DNA of 64,000 nt from Octopus vulgaris (GCA_951406725.2 OX597824.1:3906001-3970000), one strand, 5' to 3'; positions 25,276 to 40,430 are shown, numbered from the stretch's first letter. Notes: generated by a model from the letters alone, not told the origin. A program made the numbers and translations.

Positions 25276-25740
25276 CATGAATGGAGGTAAAATTTCTGGA
25301 AAGTTCCGGTTTCTTTTTTTTTTTTTTTTTTTTACTGGATCCTTCCATTTGTTTAGTACAAGCTGTAAGATTATTTTTTCCACTCTCTGACTTGCAAAGA
25401 ATTTTGTTACCAAAGCACACGTCAGATACATTTGAAGGAAGACACCAGTTCTACAGAGTTATGGCAGACATTTCATTGCTCCAAGTTCTTCCACCTCACA
25501 CTGCTTCTGAAATTGCGAAACTGGTTAAGTAAATATAAATAATCTTTCTAACTCTTTCAATACTCACTTATCCAAGAAGAGTCTTTGCTTCTATGGTACA
25601 AATTTTCATTTTTAAAAAAACCTTCCATCAAAAGTTTCATGTTAATCAATGTTAATCAATGTTAATCAATACTGGTTTATTAAATGCTTCGTTATTTTCA
25701 AAACTGATTGAGTCAGTGTCATGTATATCAATAGAAATAA

Positions 25741-26145
25741 GGTGTAGGAGTGGCTGTGGGGTAAGTAGCTTGCTTACCAACCACATAGTTCCGGGTTCAG
25801 TCCCACAGCATGGCACCTTGGGCAAGTGTCTTCTACTATAGCCTCGGGCCAACCAAAGCCTTGTGAGTGGATTTGGTAGACGAAAACTGAAAGAAGCCTG
25901 TCATATATATGTATGTATGTATGTGTATGTATATGTTTGTGTGTCTGTGTTTGTCCCCCCCCAACATTGCTTGACACCCGATGCTGGTGTGTTTACGTGC
26001 CCCTAACTTAGCAGTTTGGTAAAAGAGATTGATAGTATAAGTACTAGGCTTACAAAGAATAAGTCCTGGGGTCGATTTGCTCGACTAAAGGCGGTGCTCC
26101 AGCATGGCTGCAGTCAAAATGACTGAAACAATTAAAAGAGTAACA
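25741..26145 (+). mobile_element. Full-length tRNA-headed SINE family B
   Basis: Box A TGGCTGTGGGG, box B GGTTCAGTCCC, CCTTGGGCAAGTG CORE-like motif, internal (TG)/(TA) tract, AAAAGAG tail. Confidence 0.9.
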
Positions 26146-26545
26146 AAAAGGTTGAAGATTCCTAAGGATGTGTAGGAAAAATGGAGAAGGAGTTTCCTGA
26201 AGAAATGTTCCATTCTTTGTTAGCCAATCCTATCGGAAGACATAGTTGGTTTCCTTCTTGATCCAGTAGCATGGAAATTATTATGAGTTATATGAAGCAA
26301 TCATACATTAGGCTAGTACTGTAGTGGAGAGCCTAATTTGCATATTTGTACTTCTGATAGCTTGAGGCTTTGTAAGGTTTCAATTTATTTCATTTCTTCT
26401 CGATTATGCTCTGTTGTACATAATATGTCATATATATATGTATGTTTATATTTACATATATATCATCATCATCAGCATCATCATCACCACCATTGTCATC
26501 ATTTAACGTCCACTCTCCATGCTGGTATGGATTAGACTGTTTGAC

Positions 26546-26838
26546 TGGTGGTGCCGGTGGTGGTGGTGGCAGTGGTGTTGCTGGTGGTGGTGGTGGTTAT
26601 GGCAGTGGTGGTGGTAATGATGAAAATGACGGTGGTGGTGATGATGGTGGTGGTGGTGGTGGTGATGGTGATGATTGTGGTGATGATGAAAATGATGGTC
26701 GTGGTGATGATGGTGGTGGTGGTGGTGGTGGTGGTGGTGGTGATGATGGTGGTGGTGATGATGAAAATGATGGTGGTTGTGGTGGTGATGGTGGTAATGA
26801 CGATGATGATGATGATGACGACGTCAATGATGATGATG
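26546..26838. repeat. (GGT/GAT)n tract with ~57-bp internal periodicity (GATGAAAATGA)
   Basis: Direct reading. Confidence 0.85.
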
Positions 26839-27396
26839 TGCATATGTAAAGGTATGTCTGCTTTTATATCCATCGGGTCAATGGGTTCCTCACAAACTTT
26901 CCATAAAACCGTACACAAGTTTTACTTTTTTATACAGGATTATTAATATATCCTAATTAATTCTTATGTGTTAATTGGAGCAGTAAATTCCTTAGATCCA
27001 TTGACATTTATAGAGTTTTCTCCTCTTATTTTTAGTAATCTAGTGTGTGATTATCGTATAACAACCAAGTTCAGCAAATAAAATGATAATTATGCCACCA
27101 GTACCACATATACGAGTCGCTGTTAATTAGTAGAGAAGAGAAGGAGCTTAAGGAAAAAAATAATGTTTACGGTAATGTTGGTCAAATAGTAGTGTTGGCA
27201 TCACAAAACCAAATTATGGAGAGATTACGGTTGACTGTGTTCAAAGTTCTTGCTCTTCTGGGTAATCGTCTGAAAGTGCTTTGGTCACAATGGAACTGAA
27301 TTCACGTGTATGTGTGTGTGTCTGTGTGTTGTATATATATATACACACACACACACCTACATACATATACATACATATGTATATATATGTATGTAG

Positions 27397-27444
<48 letters not shown>

Positions 27445-27486
27445 TTATATATATATATGTGTGTGTATGTATGTATGTATGTATAT

Positions 27487-27520
<34 letters not shown>

Positions 27521-27544
27521 ATATATATATATATGTATGTATAC

Positions 27545-27614
<70 letters not shown>

Positions 27615-29021
27615 GAACATGTGCCATGAGCTTCTTTCAGTTTCTGTGAACCATATCCTCTCACCAGGGTTTGGTTGCCTGGTGTTGTAGAAGAAAACAC
27701 TTGCCCCCAGAGCACCACGTACTTGGACTGAACATGAAACCACATGGCTTATATCTTAACCGCACAGCCATGTCCAAGCTGTTTACATCTGTAAATCCTA
27801 TTCTCAAGCAATTTCTTAATTAATTGGCAAAACATTTTAGATTCCAGAACAAACATTCTAATTTTCTTTAAATAAAATATTAGATTCCACTGTTAGTCTT
27901 CTATTTGATGTTTGAGCTGTCAACTATTTTTTTTTTCCTTGCTAGTTTATTGTTTTCTGTGTTATATAATGTTATGCATCTTCGTGACCCTTCATTTATA
28001 TGCATGGTCAACCAATGAAAATGTGTTGTGCTTATACCTCCAAACCAACAACTTCTGTAATATTCCACTGTCAAGAATTTACAACTTTCCTGTTTGCTTA
28101 CAAATTTGTAAATTGCTTTATTCGTCTGAAATTTGTTCAGCAGCCTCCAGCTGATATTTAATGACAAAATTTCGTCTTTAATTTTTGATGTTTCTTCATC
28201 ATGTATTATTAGCATTGGTTCATTACTACATCGAAAGCAGACTGTGTTCAGTTTTTGAGTTACTTGGTAATTCGTTTAACCATTTTATTAACACAGTGCA
28301 GTTGGCTTACGTAATACATTTTCTGTGTCATAAATTTGTTTTCCCTGGCAGAGGCAGAGCAAGTGACGGCTGGGAAGGCAGTCATCTTCTCACTCCTGGA
28401 TCGAAATTTCCTTTCTTATCATGCCGGTTAATTAAGGTAGTGATACCAAAGTTGTCTTTGCCCCAAGCCCAGATGCTGAGAACCGTAATTATGCTGCTGT
28501 TTGCAAGAAATGATATTCACTGCACTAAAGTTGGTTCTGGATTCTCCTACATTGAATCTTCTAATCTATTTGTACAAGGTGTCTGAGAAGTCACTGTGCA
28601 GTTCGATGACCAATTAAGGTTCTGTAATTTCTTGTTGAACAGCCATGCGAAGGCTCTGTTTACAGGGATCGAATATTTGTGCCGGACATTAGTTCACTCT
28701 GTCCGTCAAACAAACAATGTCTGCACAAAGGATTCAACTTACATTTTAAAGTACTTAGCTAATTCTTCATTCACCCACAAACGAGGCTTTCTTTCTCAAC
28801 AAAACAAAAACAAAAACAAATCATAAACTAGCTGTATATATTTTGTGAGACAAAAATTAATGATTGTTAGAATAAAAGTTCCAATATGATCTTAGCTAGA
28901 CCACCTCCATGAATGGAACTTAAGTAGAATGTTGCAAATCAGTTACTGTCTGTAGAATACATATGTATGTTTGTGTGTATATATGTATATATGTATGTAT
29001 ATATATATGTATATATATATG

Positions 29022-29102
<81 letters not shown>

Positions 29103-29121
29103 ATATATATATATATATATA

Positions 29122-29372
29122 TCATCATCATCATCATCATCATCATCGTTTAACGTCCGTTTTCCGCGCTAGCACGGGTTGGACGGTTTCGACCGGGGTC
29201 TGGGGAGCTAGAGACTGCCCCAGGCTCCAGTCTAGTCTGGCAGTGTTTCTACAGCTGGATGCCCTTCCTAACGCCAACCACTCCGCGAGTGTAGTGGGTG
29301 TTTTTTACGTGCCACCTGCACAGGTGCCAGAGGGGTCTGGCATCGGCCACGTTCGGATGGTGCTTTTTATGT
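29122..29372 (-). mobile_element. SINE-like family A (CpG-rich, probably young)
   Basis: CATCGTTTAACGTCCGTTTTCCGCGCTAGCACGGGTTGGACG...CCTAACGCCAACCACTCCGCG. Confidence 0.85.
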
Positions 29373-29870
29373 GGGGGGGGCAGAAATATAGGGGACCACC
29401 AGTGGGGAGGGGTGGTTCAGAGAAATGATGACAGGTTCTTAGGCAAGTAGAACGTAGGATATCAAGAGGGTAATGCATGGTGAAATAGCGTATTGAGGAG
29501 AGGGGTTCGAAGAGTAGACACCTATAATGGTGGTGGGAGAAACAAACATCCAGTATAGATGGAGCAAAAATATAGAGATATCCGGTATTGGTGGTGGGGG
29601 TGGGCAGGGTGGGTGCACCGCGAATACGCGAAGGTTGAAAATAGATGATAGAGCGAGACTTGGTCGGGCAGAATTAATAGAGGAGAAATTAGATACAATA
29701 GTTAGATAGATAAATAACAACAGATAGGAAAACATGTATGATTGGTCGAGAAGTGAAGTGAAGTGAAAATAAGCATTCAAACTTATCTGTGCTCGAGATT
29801 ATAGCTGCTAGTTGAATGAATGAGAGAGCACATGTTGCTGCCTTAAGTAAAGAAATTGACCGGAACAGGA

Positions 29871-29903
<33 letters not shown>

Positions 29904-29904
<1 letters not shown>

Positions 29905-29976
29905 GGCCGGATAACTGAAGTGATGGCGCATGGATTTTCACCTCGGCATCCGAAACTCAGAGTTTTATCTTGGCTA
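29904..29976 (+). ncRNA. Type I hammerhead ribozyme-like fold (core defect at A9) in a (TA)n-bounded pLTR-like fragment (29904-30075)
   Basis: Stem I TGGCC-GGATAA / TTATCT-T-GGCTA; CTGAAG core; stem II GATG.CG/CG.CATC; GAAA; stem III ACTC-A-GAGT; GTT cleavage triplet. Confidence 0.6.
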
Positions 29977-30071
29977 CCGAACAATTGTCACATATTACAT
30001 TTACAGATAAATTCCTCTATTTACATAATATCGAGGTCTCTTTCTTTCTTTTGTTGTCTTAACATTTTTAT

Positions 30072-30116
<45 letters not shown>

Positions 30117-30331
30117 TATATATAATAATATAGGGTAAGATTAATAAATCAATTGATCAATTAATTAATTGATTAATAATTAATAATTCTACCAAGTAGT
30201 CAGTACATTAAAATAAAGTTTTTAGGGAGTTGAAATGACATTAGTGTCTATTTCTAATTTCGGTATGTGGTGAAGTAGCTGACCCCTGATTATAATTATG
30301 TACATAATTATAGAATATTTTGTATACATAC

Positions 30332-30374
<43 letters not shown>

Positions 30375-30508
30375 TGATTATTATATACTATTACACAATG
30401 AAAATTTAGTCATCTCTCAAGTAGCACCAAAATCCAAGATTTCAATAAATATGAGAATGTCTACAGCATGTCTGAGTCCTAGCTTCTCTCATTTACAGAC
30501 TGTAACAC

Positions 30509-30555
<47 letters not shown>

Positions 30556-30571
30556 CATACAAATATATTCA

Positions 30572-30612
<41 letters not shown>

Positions 30613-30892
30613 ATGAAAGTTTTATGAATGTTGTTGTGATTGTGGAAGAGAGGTGCTTGAGATGTTCTGCTTGCAAGATTCTCCAACCAATACGACTGAA
30701 AAATACAACCTTTGTCTTCACGCAATGAAAATAAGGAACATGTAATAAGCATTTATCTGTTCAAAGAGGAATACACAAATTGTATTTTGAAGAATTTTGA
30801 AGAATATAACAGTACTCTAACCATTCAAGTGGCTTTTAGTCATTTGGCAATTTTAAAAGTCAAAATTAAAAACAACAACAATAACAACGATA

Positions 30893-31100
30893 TTTTCTAT
30901 TAGCGGCACAAGGCCTCAAATTTTGATGGGTGGGGTTGGGTTGATTTCATCGACCCCAGTGCTTGACTGCTACTGTTTTCACTGACCCTGAAAGGATGAA
31001 AGACAAAGTCAACCTCAGGGGAAATTGAACTCAAAATGTCAAGTTGGAAGAAATGCTGCTTAGCATTTTGCCTGGCATGGTAACAATTCTGCCAGCTCAC
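30893..31100 (-). mobile_element. SINE family C variant
   Basis: CTGACCCTGAAAGGATGAAAGACAAAGTCAACCTC...TTCTGCCAGCTC is the reverse of the family C core and head. Confidence 0.7.
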
Positions 31101-31152
31101 AAATTTAATAATAATAATCATAATCATAATAATAATAATAATAATAATGATA

Positions 31153-31573
31153 AAATTGGTATGGCCACAAACCCAAAGGAATTGTCGAAAATAAAAATGC
31201 AAAGATCCTGTGAGATTTTATGATTAAGGGCGACCATGAGATAGAGAATAGGAAGCCAGACATAGTCTTAATTGAGAAAGGAAACAAACTATGCTGGATC
31301 ATAGACATAGCATGCCCAGGTGACAACAAGGTATGCGATAAGGAAGAAAGGAAAGTCGATAGATATGACAGGTTAGCTTGGGAAGTTATGCAGTTGTTGT
31401 CGAGGAAAAAAGGTAGCAGTAGTACCAATAATTGTCAGAGCCCTGGGAACAGTGAGCAAAAATGTCAAGAAGTACGTGGAACAATAGGGGCTGCAATAAG
31501 GATGGAGCACTTGCAGAAAACAGCACTGCTTGGAACCGCTCGAATACTCCAGAAGTAGAAGCTGTGCAAAGGC
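31153..31573 (+). mobile_element. 5'-truncated R4/Dong-like non-LTR retrotransposon (restriction-like endonuclease C-terminus)
   Basis: WYGHKPKGIVENKNAKIL*DFMIKGDHEIENRKPDIVLIEKGNKLCWIIDIACPGD..KEERKVDRY..VPIIVRALGTV..LQKTALLGTARILQK; (TAA)n on both sides. Confidence 0.85.
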
Positions 31574-31826
31574 AATGATAATAATAATGATGATGATAAT
31601 AATAATCTTCTCTACTATAGGCACAAGGTCTAAAATTTTAGTGGGTGGGGATAAGCCAATTACATCAACTCCCAGTACTTGACTGGTATTTATTTTATGG
31701 ACCCCAAAAGGATGAAAGGTAATGTTAACATGATTACATGGAAGACTGGAAACAAAGGGCAGAGCTTGAGTGACAGAGGTCCCTGCCTTTTATAACTACC
31801 ATGCAATGTCAAAGAAAGGAAAGAGT

Positions 31827-31861
<35 letters not shown>

Positions 31862-31864
<3 letters not shown>

Positions 31865-32192
31865 GTGAAGGTTAAAGACCCCATTCGGTCATGAATGACC
31901 ATGGGATTGCACCTACAAAGTTACCCTCTGAGGCACAACACTGGGCAAAGTTGCTTGTGGAAGCCCAGCAGCCACCCATGCATACCAGCCTCCTCTCTCC
32001 ACGCCACTGATGTTATCCAAGGGGCCGATACTACTTTGGCACCAGTGATGTCACAATTCATTTCTAGAGCTGAATCAATTAGAGCAATGTGAAATTAAGT
32101 GTCTTGCTCAAGAACAGAACACATAGCCTGGTCTGGGGATTGAACTTACAATCTCACAACTGTAAGACCAATGCTCTAACAACTGAGCCATG
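31862..32192 (-). mobile_element. Full-length tRNA-headed SINE family E
   Basis: Head TGGCTCAGTTGTTAGAGCA...AAGTTCAATCCC; body matches 14645-14918. Confidence 0.75.
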
Positions 32193-32466
32193 TAGCATCA
32201 TACACACACACACATACACACACACACACATACATACATACATGCATGTATACATATGATGGGCTTCTTTCAGTTTCCACCTGCCAAGTCTACTCACCAG
32301 ACCATGGCCAACCAGGAGCAACAGTAAAAGACACATGTCCAAAGTGCCATGCACTGGAACTGCATTCAGAACCATGTGGTTGGAAACCCAGCTTTATACC
32401 ACATGGCCATGCTTATAGCTGCAGATATAAATATAAGACATTAGATTTAGTCTAAATACTGAAACA

Positions 32467-32884
32467 GCATGAGTGGCTGTGTGGTAAGTAGCTTGCTAAC
32501 CAACCACATGGTTCCAGGTTCAGTCCCACTGCGTGGCACCTTGGGCAGGTGTCTTCTACTATAGCCTCGGGCCGACCAAAGCCTTGTGAGTGGATTTGGT
32601 AGACGGAAACTGAAAGAAGCCTGTCGTATATATGTATATATATATGTATGTGTGTGTGTATGTTTGTGTGTCTGTGTTTGTCACACTAGCATTGCTTGAC
32701 AACCGATGCTTGTGTGTTTACGTCCCCGTCACTTAGCGGTTCGGCAAAAGAGACCGATAGAATAAGTACTGGGCTTACAAAGAATAAGTCCCGGGGTCGA
32801 TTTGCTCGACTAAAGGCGGTGCTCCAGCATGGCCGCAGTCAAATGACTGAAACAAGTAAAAGAGTAAAAGAGTAAAGAGAGTAT
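32467..32884 (+). mobile_element. Best-preserved tRNA/CORE-type SINE family B copy
   Basis: Box A 32474-32484, box B 32517-32527, CpGs retained, (AGTAAAAG)n tail; further copies at 19108-19400(-), 27625-27772(-), 32256-32412(-), 35577-35962(-), 48428-49085(+), 58944-59056(+). Confidence 0.9.
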
Positions 32885-33266
32885 GAGGTGGTCATGGTTG
32901 GAGACAATTCGATTGTAGTTCTGTTCCACCAGGAATGACCAGCGGCTGAACAACAGCAATAACGATTTATTAGACTTGCTAAATATAAAACATATAATTT
33001 AGTTTGGTCTAAATATAAAAGGAGGTAATTAATCAACAATATCCATACGAAGCCTTAATGTCCCTTATAATTACATCATAGGGGAGTTTGGATGCTATTT
33101 CGGAGAGAAAGTACTGTCTGTCCTTATTGCACTCAGAATTACGTTGCTTAGTCAGGTTCCCTGACACAATGAGGCAGGTTTTCTGCCCTCAATAATTACA
33201 TTGTCTGCATACCACGGAGATTGTTTTTTTTTCCATTGTGTTCTTCTGTCCTCATTATCTTTCTTG

Positions 33267-33348
<82 letters not shown>

Positions 33349-33431
33349 ATCTCTATCTCTATCTCTATATATTTAATGTTATTCTTGGTGCACTTGGACT
33401 TGCTTTCACTGTCAGAACATGTGTATGTATG

Positions 33432-33482
<51 letters not shown>

Positions 33483-33639
33483 ACACACGCACAATCACAC
33501 ATACACACACACACATACACATGTGTTTGTGTCTATGCATACAGATTAAATATGAAAAAGATATATAAATAATGACTTTACATAATATGCAAAAATCTCT
33601 CTCTCACTCTCTCCTACTTTGTTCCCTTATCTTAATATG

Positions 33640-34360
<721 letters not shown>

Positions 34361-34736
34361 AGTGTTGGTTAGAATTCTATAGACACCTCTATACATTCTA
34401 AAGTACAGTGTAGCATTGAAAGCAACCACACTCGTAATGCTCAAGCAATTTACTAATTGAACTGGCAGCCATGAATGCATTGTATATGCGAATGTATATA
34501 TATATGCAACATGTTTCAGTTGTTAGTGTTGCTTTATTGGTAATGTAGTCGTAGACGTGGCTGTGTGGGCTGAGAAGCTCACTTCCCAACGAACATGTTT
34601 CTTTTTAGGTTCAATCCTACAAGGCAACCACTTGGACAGGTGTCAATCACCACTGCTCCAGACTGGCCAAAGTCTTGTCAATGGATTTCCTAGACAGAAA
34701 CTGAAGCATATTAAGGAACTGAAAGATATCTGTTGT

Positions 34737-35245
<509 letters not shown>

Positions 35246-36073
35246 TTCAGATTCTCCTTGTACAGGGGCCATCCAGACTCCTGTTTTTGCAGTGAACAGG
35301 GATTAATCTTCTCTCTTTGCGCCACATGGGATCAACTCTCCTCCCCTCTCCTCTCTCCCCCTCATATGTATGTATGTACGTATGTATGCATTCATTCATG
35401 TATGCATACATGCATACATTAATGTAAATGTGTGTTTATGTATTTATACATGTATGCATGTATATGTGTATATCTATGTTTGTATCTATCTATGCCTGTA
35501 TGTATATATATGTGTGTGTGTGTTTGTGTATAAATGTATATATACATATATGAATGTATATTTTATTGTCTATCTTGTTCTTTGGTTCATTCCTCAGATT
35601 GTGGCCATGCTGGGGCACACCTTGAAGTATTTGATTGAATTGAACCCAGAACTTATTTTTCTTTTTAAGCCTGGAACTTTGTCAGTTTCTTATGCTGAAT
35701 CACTAAGTGATGGGGATGTAAACAAACCAGCACCGGTTGTCAAGCAATGGTGGGGGACAAACACAAAAACAAAGACACACACACATAGATATATATATAT
35801 ATATATACATACATACAATGGGCTTCTTTCAGTTTCCGTCGATCAAATCTACTCACAAGGCTTTGGTCAGCCTAGGGCAATAGTAAATGACACTTGCTCA
35901 AGGTGCCATGCAATGGGACTGAACCTGGAAGTAAATCTCTTACCACACAGCCACATCTATGCCTCTGTGTGTGTGTGTGTGTCTGTGTCTGTGTCTCTGC
36001 ACCTGTGTGTGTGTCTGCACATATGTGCGTGTCTGCACATGTGTGCATGTCTTCACATATGTGTGTGTATCTG

Positions 36074-36122
<49 letters not shown>

Positions 36123-36568
36123 ATGTCCATGCCTGCCGTGTCCCCTATTTTCGAGCTTGCACACTGGACATAAACAAATGCCACCCTCCCACAACCCGTG
36201 TCTCTTCGTTGCAATCTTCTGTGAAGTTGTGTCCAGTTGTTTGTGAGGGTCATGTTGGAAGAAGGATTGTTGTTGATGAAATCCCCAAACTGGATTGTGG
36301 GACGAAACCTAAGACTTGGAGATTATGAAGGAACCTACCAGCTGGCCATTCCTACACTGGAGACGAAGCACCATTATCAGGTATTATGCCATTATGTTCA
36401 CCAAAACTGGTGAATGAAGGAACTTACCATTGATGCCTCCCTCTTTTGTTCTGTGATTTTAGTATTCAGTGCATCAACGGGTTTTCTGTAGAAGCACTCA
36501 AGATGCCTGCAGGTGTAACAAACTTCAACATATGGACACAAACTCTTGGACAGATTGAGTTGAGCCAA

Positions 36569-36737
36569 AACAGATTAACTCAACAACAAATTAACTCAAC
36601 AACAGATTAACTCAAGAGATTAACTCAACAACAGATTAACAGATTTACTTAGCAACAAATTAACTCAACAGATTAACTCAACGGATTAACTCAACAACAA
36701 ATTAACTCAACAGATTTACTCAACAACAGATTAATTC
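36569..36737. repeat. 13/16-bp minisatellite (AACAGATTAACTC[AAC])
   Basis: ~12 units, direct reading. Confidence 0.85.
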
Positions 36738-36770
36738 ATCATTATTATTATTATTATTATCATCATCATC

Positions 36771-36802
<32 letters not shown>

Positions 36803-38121
36803 TAGTTTATCATGATCATTATTATTATTGTTATTCTTCTTCTTCTTATTATTATTATAATCATGATCATTATTATTATGATTATTATTATTATTATTAT
36901 CATTATTAAAATTATTATTATTATTATCATTATTACTGGTAATCTCTTGAGGCCGAGAAAGGCAGTTACACACCTCCTTGCTAAACAACCTGTACAGATG
37001 AATTGTTTATGGTGACCAAATGTTTGTGCTGTACAATTAGCTCACAGCCTCCTTCAGCTCGACGTTGCCTGCGCAAATGCACAAATGCACGACAAGTCAG
37101 ATGTCAAAACGACTGAATACAGTACAAATAAAAAAACAAATACTGTAATGCATTTTTTCTCTACTGTAATAGAAATTTTAGTAGAAGAATACAGTGGAAT
37201 TAAATTGCAGCAAATTGAATGGAACTTAGAGTGTAACACTAGATATCTCATGACAAGAGAATTCAATATCGCCGAATACGAAAACTGTAAGATACAGATT
37301 ATGCTATGATATTAAGCAAACCATGTCTTACGATATATAATAATGGAATCAAAGTTTAGCACTCTAATTATGAAGCCACCATGTCATTTCCGAAGATTTC
37401 CACATTATTTGATGGTATTGTATCCTATGCATGGGAATATCTTATATCTTTTCTATCTAATATCATCCAATTTTCTCATCTTTTATTACCTCACTTTATT
37501 GACCCGGCAAGATATTAAAGCAGCTCACAGTCAAACTGACAGTCATAATTATATTCCATACTTTATCTGTTTTTATGATTATATATCAATGCACTTTTGT
37601 TTCATGTTCTTTAAATACACAACACACTTTTTGTTTAAATATTTTGGTTTTTACTAAGGTCGGGTGTCATTTGACATTCAACATAAATCTATACATCTAC
37701 ATCGATTTTGTTTTAGAGAACTCCAGACCTACTTTAACGGAGGGAAGTTAACATTGATGGCATCCACCCGGTTTGTTACTGACTCTGGATTGATGAAATT
37801 CAAGCTCAGAATAAGCGGAAAAGGAATCTAAACATTCTGTTGTGTCTGGGGAGAGTCATTCTCTTTTTGTGCCTTATCATATAACACACTCACCGGTAAA
37901 ATTTCCACGTTTTTCTTATTCTTATTGTCCTAAAATTTTCGTTGCGTCTTGTAACCTTTTTGATAGTTTTGACTCTCTAAACATATCTAAAGGATGAAAA
38001 TATAACTAAAAGAAAAATGAATTTTGAATTCAAAGCAGCTTTCTAATGAGGCAGATATTGCTGATGTCTGATAGTTGATGAGTTTGACTGACTCTTGCAG
38101 CCAATAAACATATAAACTCAT

Positions 38122-38277
38122 ACTCTCGGAGTGGTTGGCGTTAGGAAGGGCATCCAGCTGTAGAAACACTGCCAGATCTGACTGGCCTGGTGCAGCCTTC
38201 GGGCTCCCCAGACCCCAGTTGAACCGTCCAACCCATGCTAGCATGGAAAACGGACGCTAAATGATGATGATGATGAT
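38122..38277 (+). mobile_element. SINE-like family A 3' tail
   Basis: CTCGGAGTGGTTGGCGTTAGGAAGGGCATCCAGCTG...GGACGCTAAATGATGAT. Confidence 0.85.
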
Positions 38278-38869
38278 TAAACGTGTGACATTGGTAATAA
38301 TGAGAGGATATTTTAGACATGACTGTGGGGGGGTCAAGAGGTTTGCTTATCTGGGTTCAATCCCACTGCTTGGCACTTTGGGCAAGTGTCATCTACTATA
38401 ACCTACATGGAAACTGAAAGAAGCCTGTTGTATATGCATGTGTGTGTTTGTGTGTGCCACAATAATCACCATCATAGTCATCATCATAGCCTTCATTATG
38501 AATATCATTATCATGACTATCATCTTATGATGACAAAGATGATGATGATGATGATGATGATAATGATAAAGTTTGTGATTTTTCATGGCCATAACCATCA
38601 TCGTATTCGTATATGTTTTATTCTTGCCAGCATTATGGCTTTACTATATTTTTCTGAAGATTAAAACACCCAGTCTTGACATTTTGTATGTTTGAGAGCT
38701 CACCATTTCTCTCAAGAACCTTGGCATGTCTTCATTATGATGGTGAAACGTGAGACTATGGAAGGTGGAAGTTGTCTCTCTCTAAACTATATCAGTTTTT
38801 TGAAATTACCTTTTTTCTTAACTGGTTGCCTGCATGGGGGCTCAAACCCCAACCACAAGATATCCAGTT

Positions 38870-39030
38870 AGGGGTCACACGTGAGTCACAACAGTTTCAC
38901 ATGATTGGTCTATAAATCGACCAATCAACATGAAGCTGTGGCATGACATGGCTCCTTGGATGATCTAAAATTCATCCCCTTTTCACCCTATAAAAACTGT
39001 TTGGTGCCTAACTCAGCCAGACCATCTTGA
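38870..39030 (+). promoter_or_regulatory. Compact Pol II promoter-like module (possibly LTR-derived)
   Basis: CACGTG 38878-38883, TGAGTCA 38882-38888, inverted CCAAT pair 38902-38927, TATAAAA 38989-38995. Confidence 0.4.
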
Positions 39031-39222
39031 GCACTGACAGAAGGCAGACCACTAAGACCACCTCAGGCCCCTGGACAGACTACGCTGAAGAAGAAATGAA
39101 TTAGGACACTCACTCCCTCAGCATCCCAGTTAGCTTTTTACTAGACACAGCTTGGTTCTTTCTCTTCCCTGTCGGCAGTTATGTCATCAGCATCTTTCTT
39201 TTGTAAATAGCCAATGAAGCTA

Positions 39223-39630
39223 ATCATCATCATCATCATCATCGTTTAACGTCCGCTTTCCATGCTAGCATGGGTTGGACGATTTTGACTGAGGGCTGGT
39301 GAACCAGATGGCTGCACCAGGCTCCAATCTTGATCTGGCAAGGTTTCTACAGCTGGATGCCCTTCCTTTCACCAACTACTCTGAGAGTGTAGTGGGTGCT
39401 TTTATGTGCCACTGGCATGGGGACAGTCAGGCGGTACTGGCAACGACCTCGCTCGAATCTTTTACACATGCCACCGGCACAGGTGCCAGTAAGGTGATGC
39501 TGGTAACGATCACGCTCAAATGGTGTCTTTTACGTGCCACCGGCACGGAGGCCAGATAGCCACTCTGGCAACGATCACGCTCGAATGGTACTCTTAATAC
39601 CCTACTAGCACAGACGCCAGCAATGTCCAG
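39223..39630 (-). mobile_element. SINE-like family A
   Basis: (CAT)n plus tail plus internal repeats. Confidence 0.85.
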
Positions 39631-40361
39631 CAATAAATATGTTAAAAGTTCAAAGTTCTCAAATTGGTTCACTTACTATACATGCAGCCAGCCTGACCAC
39701 ACAACGATGGTTCAACAGCAAAAAACCCATCCAACATTGCAACCCCACAACAATGGTGACATACTCCTTTGCAATTCTTGCATTAAATTACAATATAAGC
39801 AATGCCTGACTTTCAAAGATGCAATGACGCTTCCCTTCACCCCATGGAACCAAAAATGGTTTAATAGATCCAGGCAGAGCGCAAATTCAGAAGTATAAAG
39901 TTTCGAAAACAAATTTCTAATTCTTCGCTTCCTCCAGTTTCTTTTGTTTGTCTTTTGTATTCTTCTTGTCTGTGATCCAAGTCTACATATGATGCAATTG
40001 TAAAGCTAGCCTTAGCTGGGTTCTTTGAAGAGGCGATAGGTGTGAGGAACGTTCTCCATCGCTTCAATGGAATATCATCATTAACAGCTTAACATTCAAA
40101 GACAGCAAGTAGTGACATTTGTCAGACAACGAGGAGCATGTGCGTGTGTGTGTGTGTGTGTGTGTGAGTGTGTTGTGTGTGTGGAGAGAGGAATGGCTTA
40201 TAGTGAAAGATCAGGGGAAAGGTCAGGAAAGGTCAGATGAAAAGCTGGCTTAAATGGAATACGATAAAGGATGTACGGACATATATATGTAAATATGTAG
40301 ATATGGAAAGATATAAACATGAGTGTGCAGTAATGTGTATTTGTGTTCGCTATGTGCATAT

Positions 40362-40430
<69 letters not shown>

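Noticed and set aside
25430-25600. Possible exons near 25440-25590
   Set aside because: Stops in all minus-strand frames and weak or ambiguous donors
27800-27813. 14-nt match to mature miR-137 on the minus strand
   Set aside because: The match breaks at both ends and no precursor hairpin is evident
28185-28826. 133-aa and 76-aa plus-strand ORFs in unique sequence
   Set aside because: Non-ATG starts, no recognisable motifs, no convincing splice sites
32467-32540. tRNA genes (also 25741, 44890, 32120-32192, 49440-49497)
   Set aside because: Box A/B-like motifs are present but there is no complete cloverleaf; each continues into a repeated SINE body
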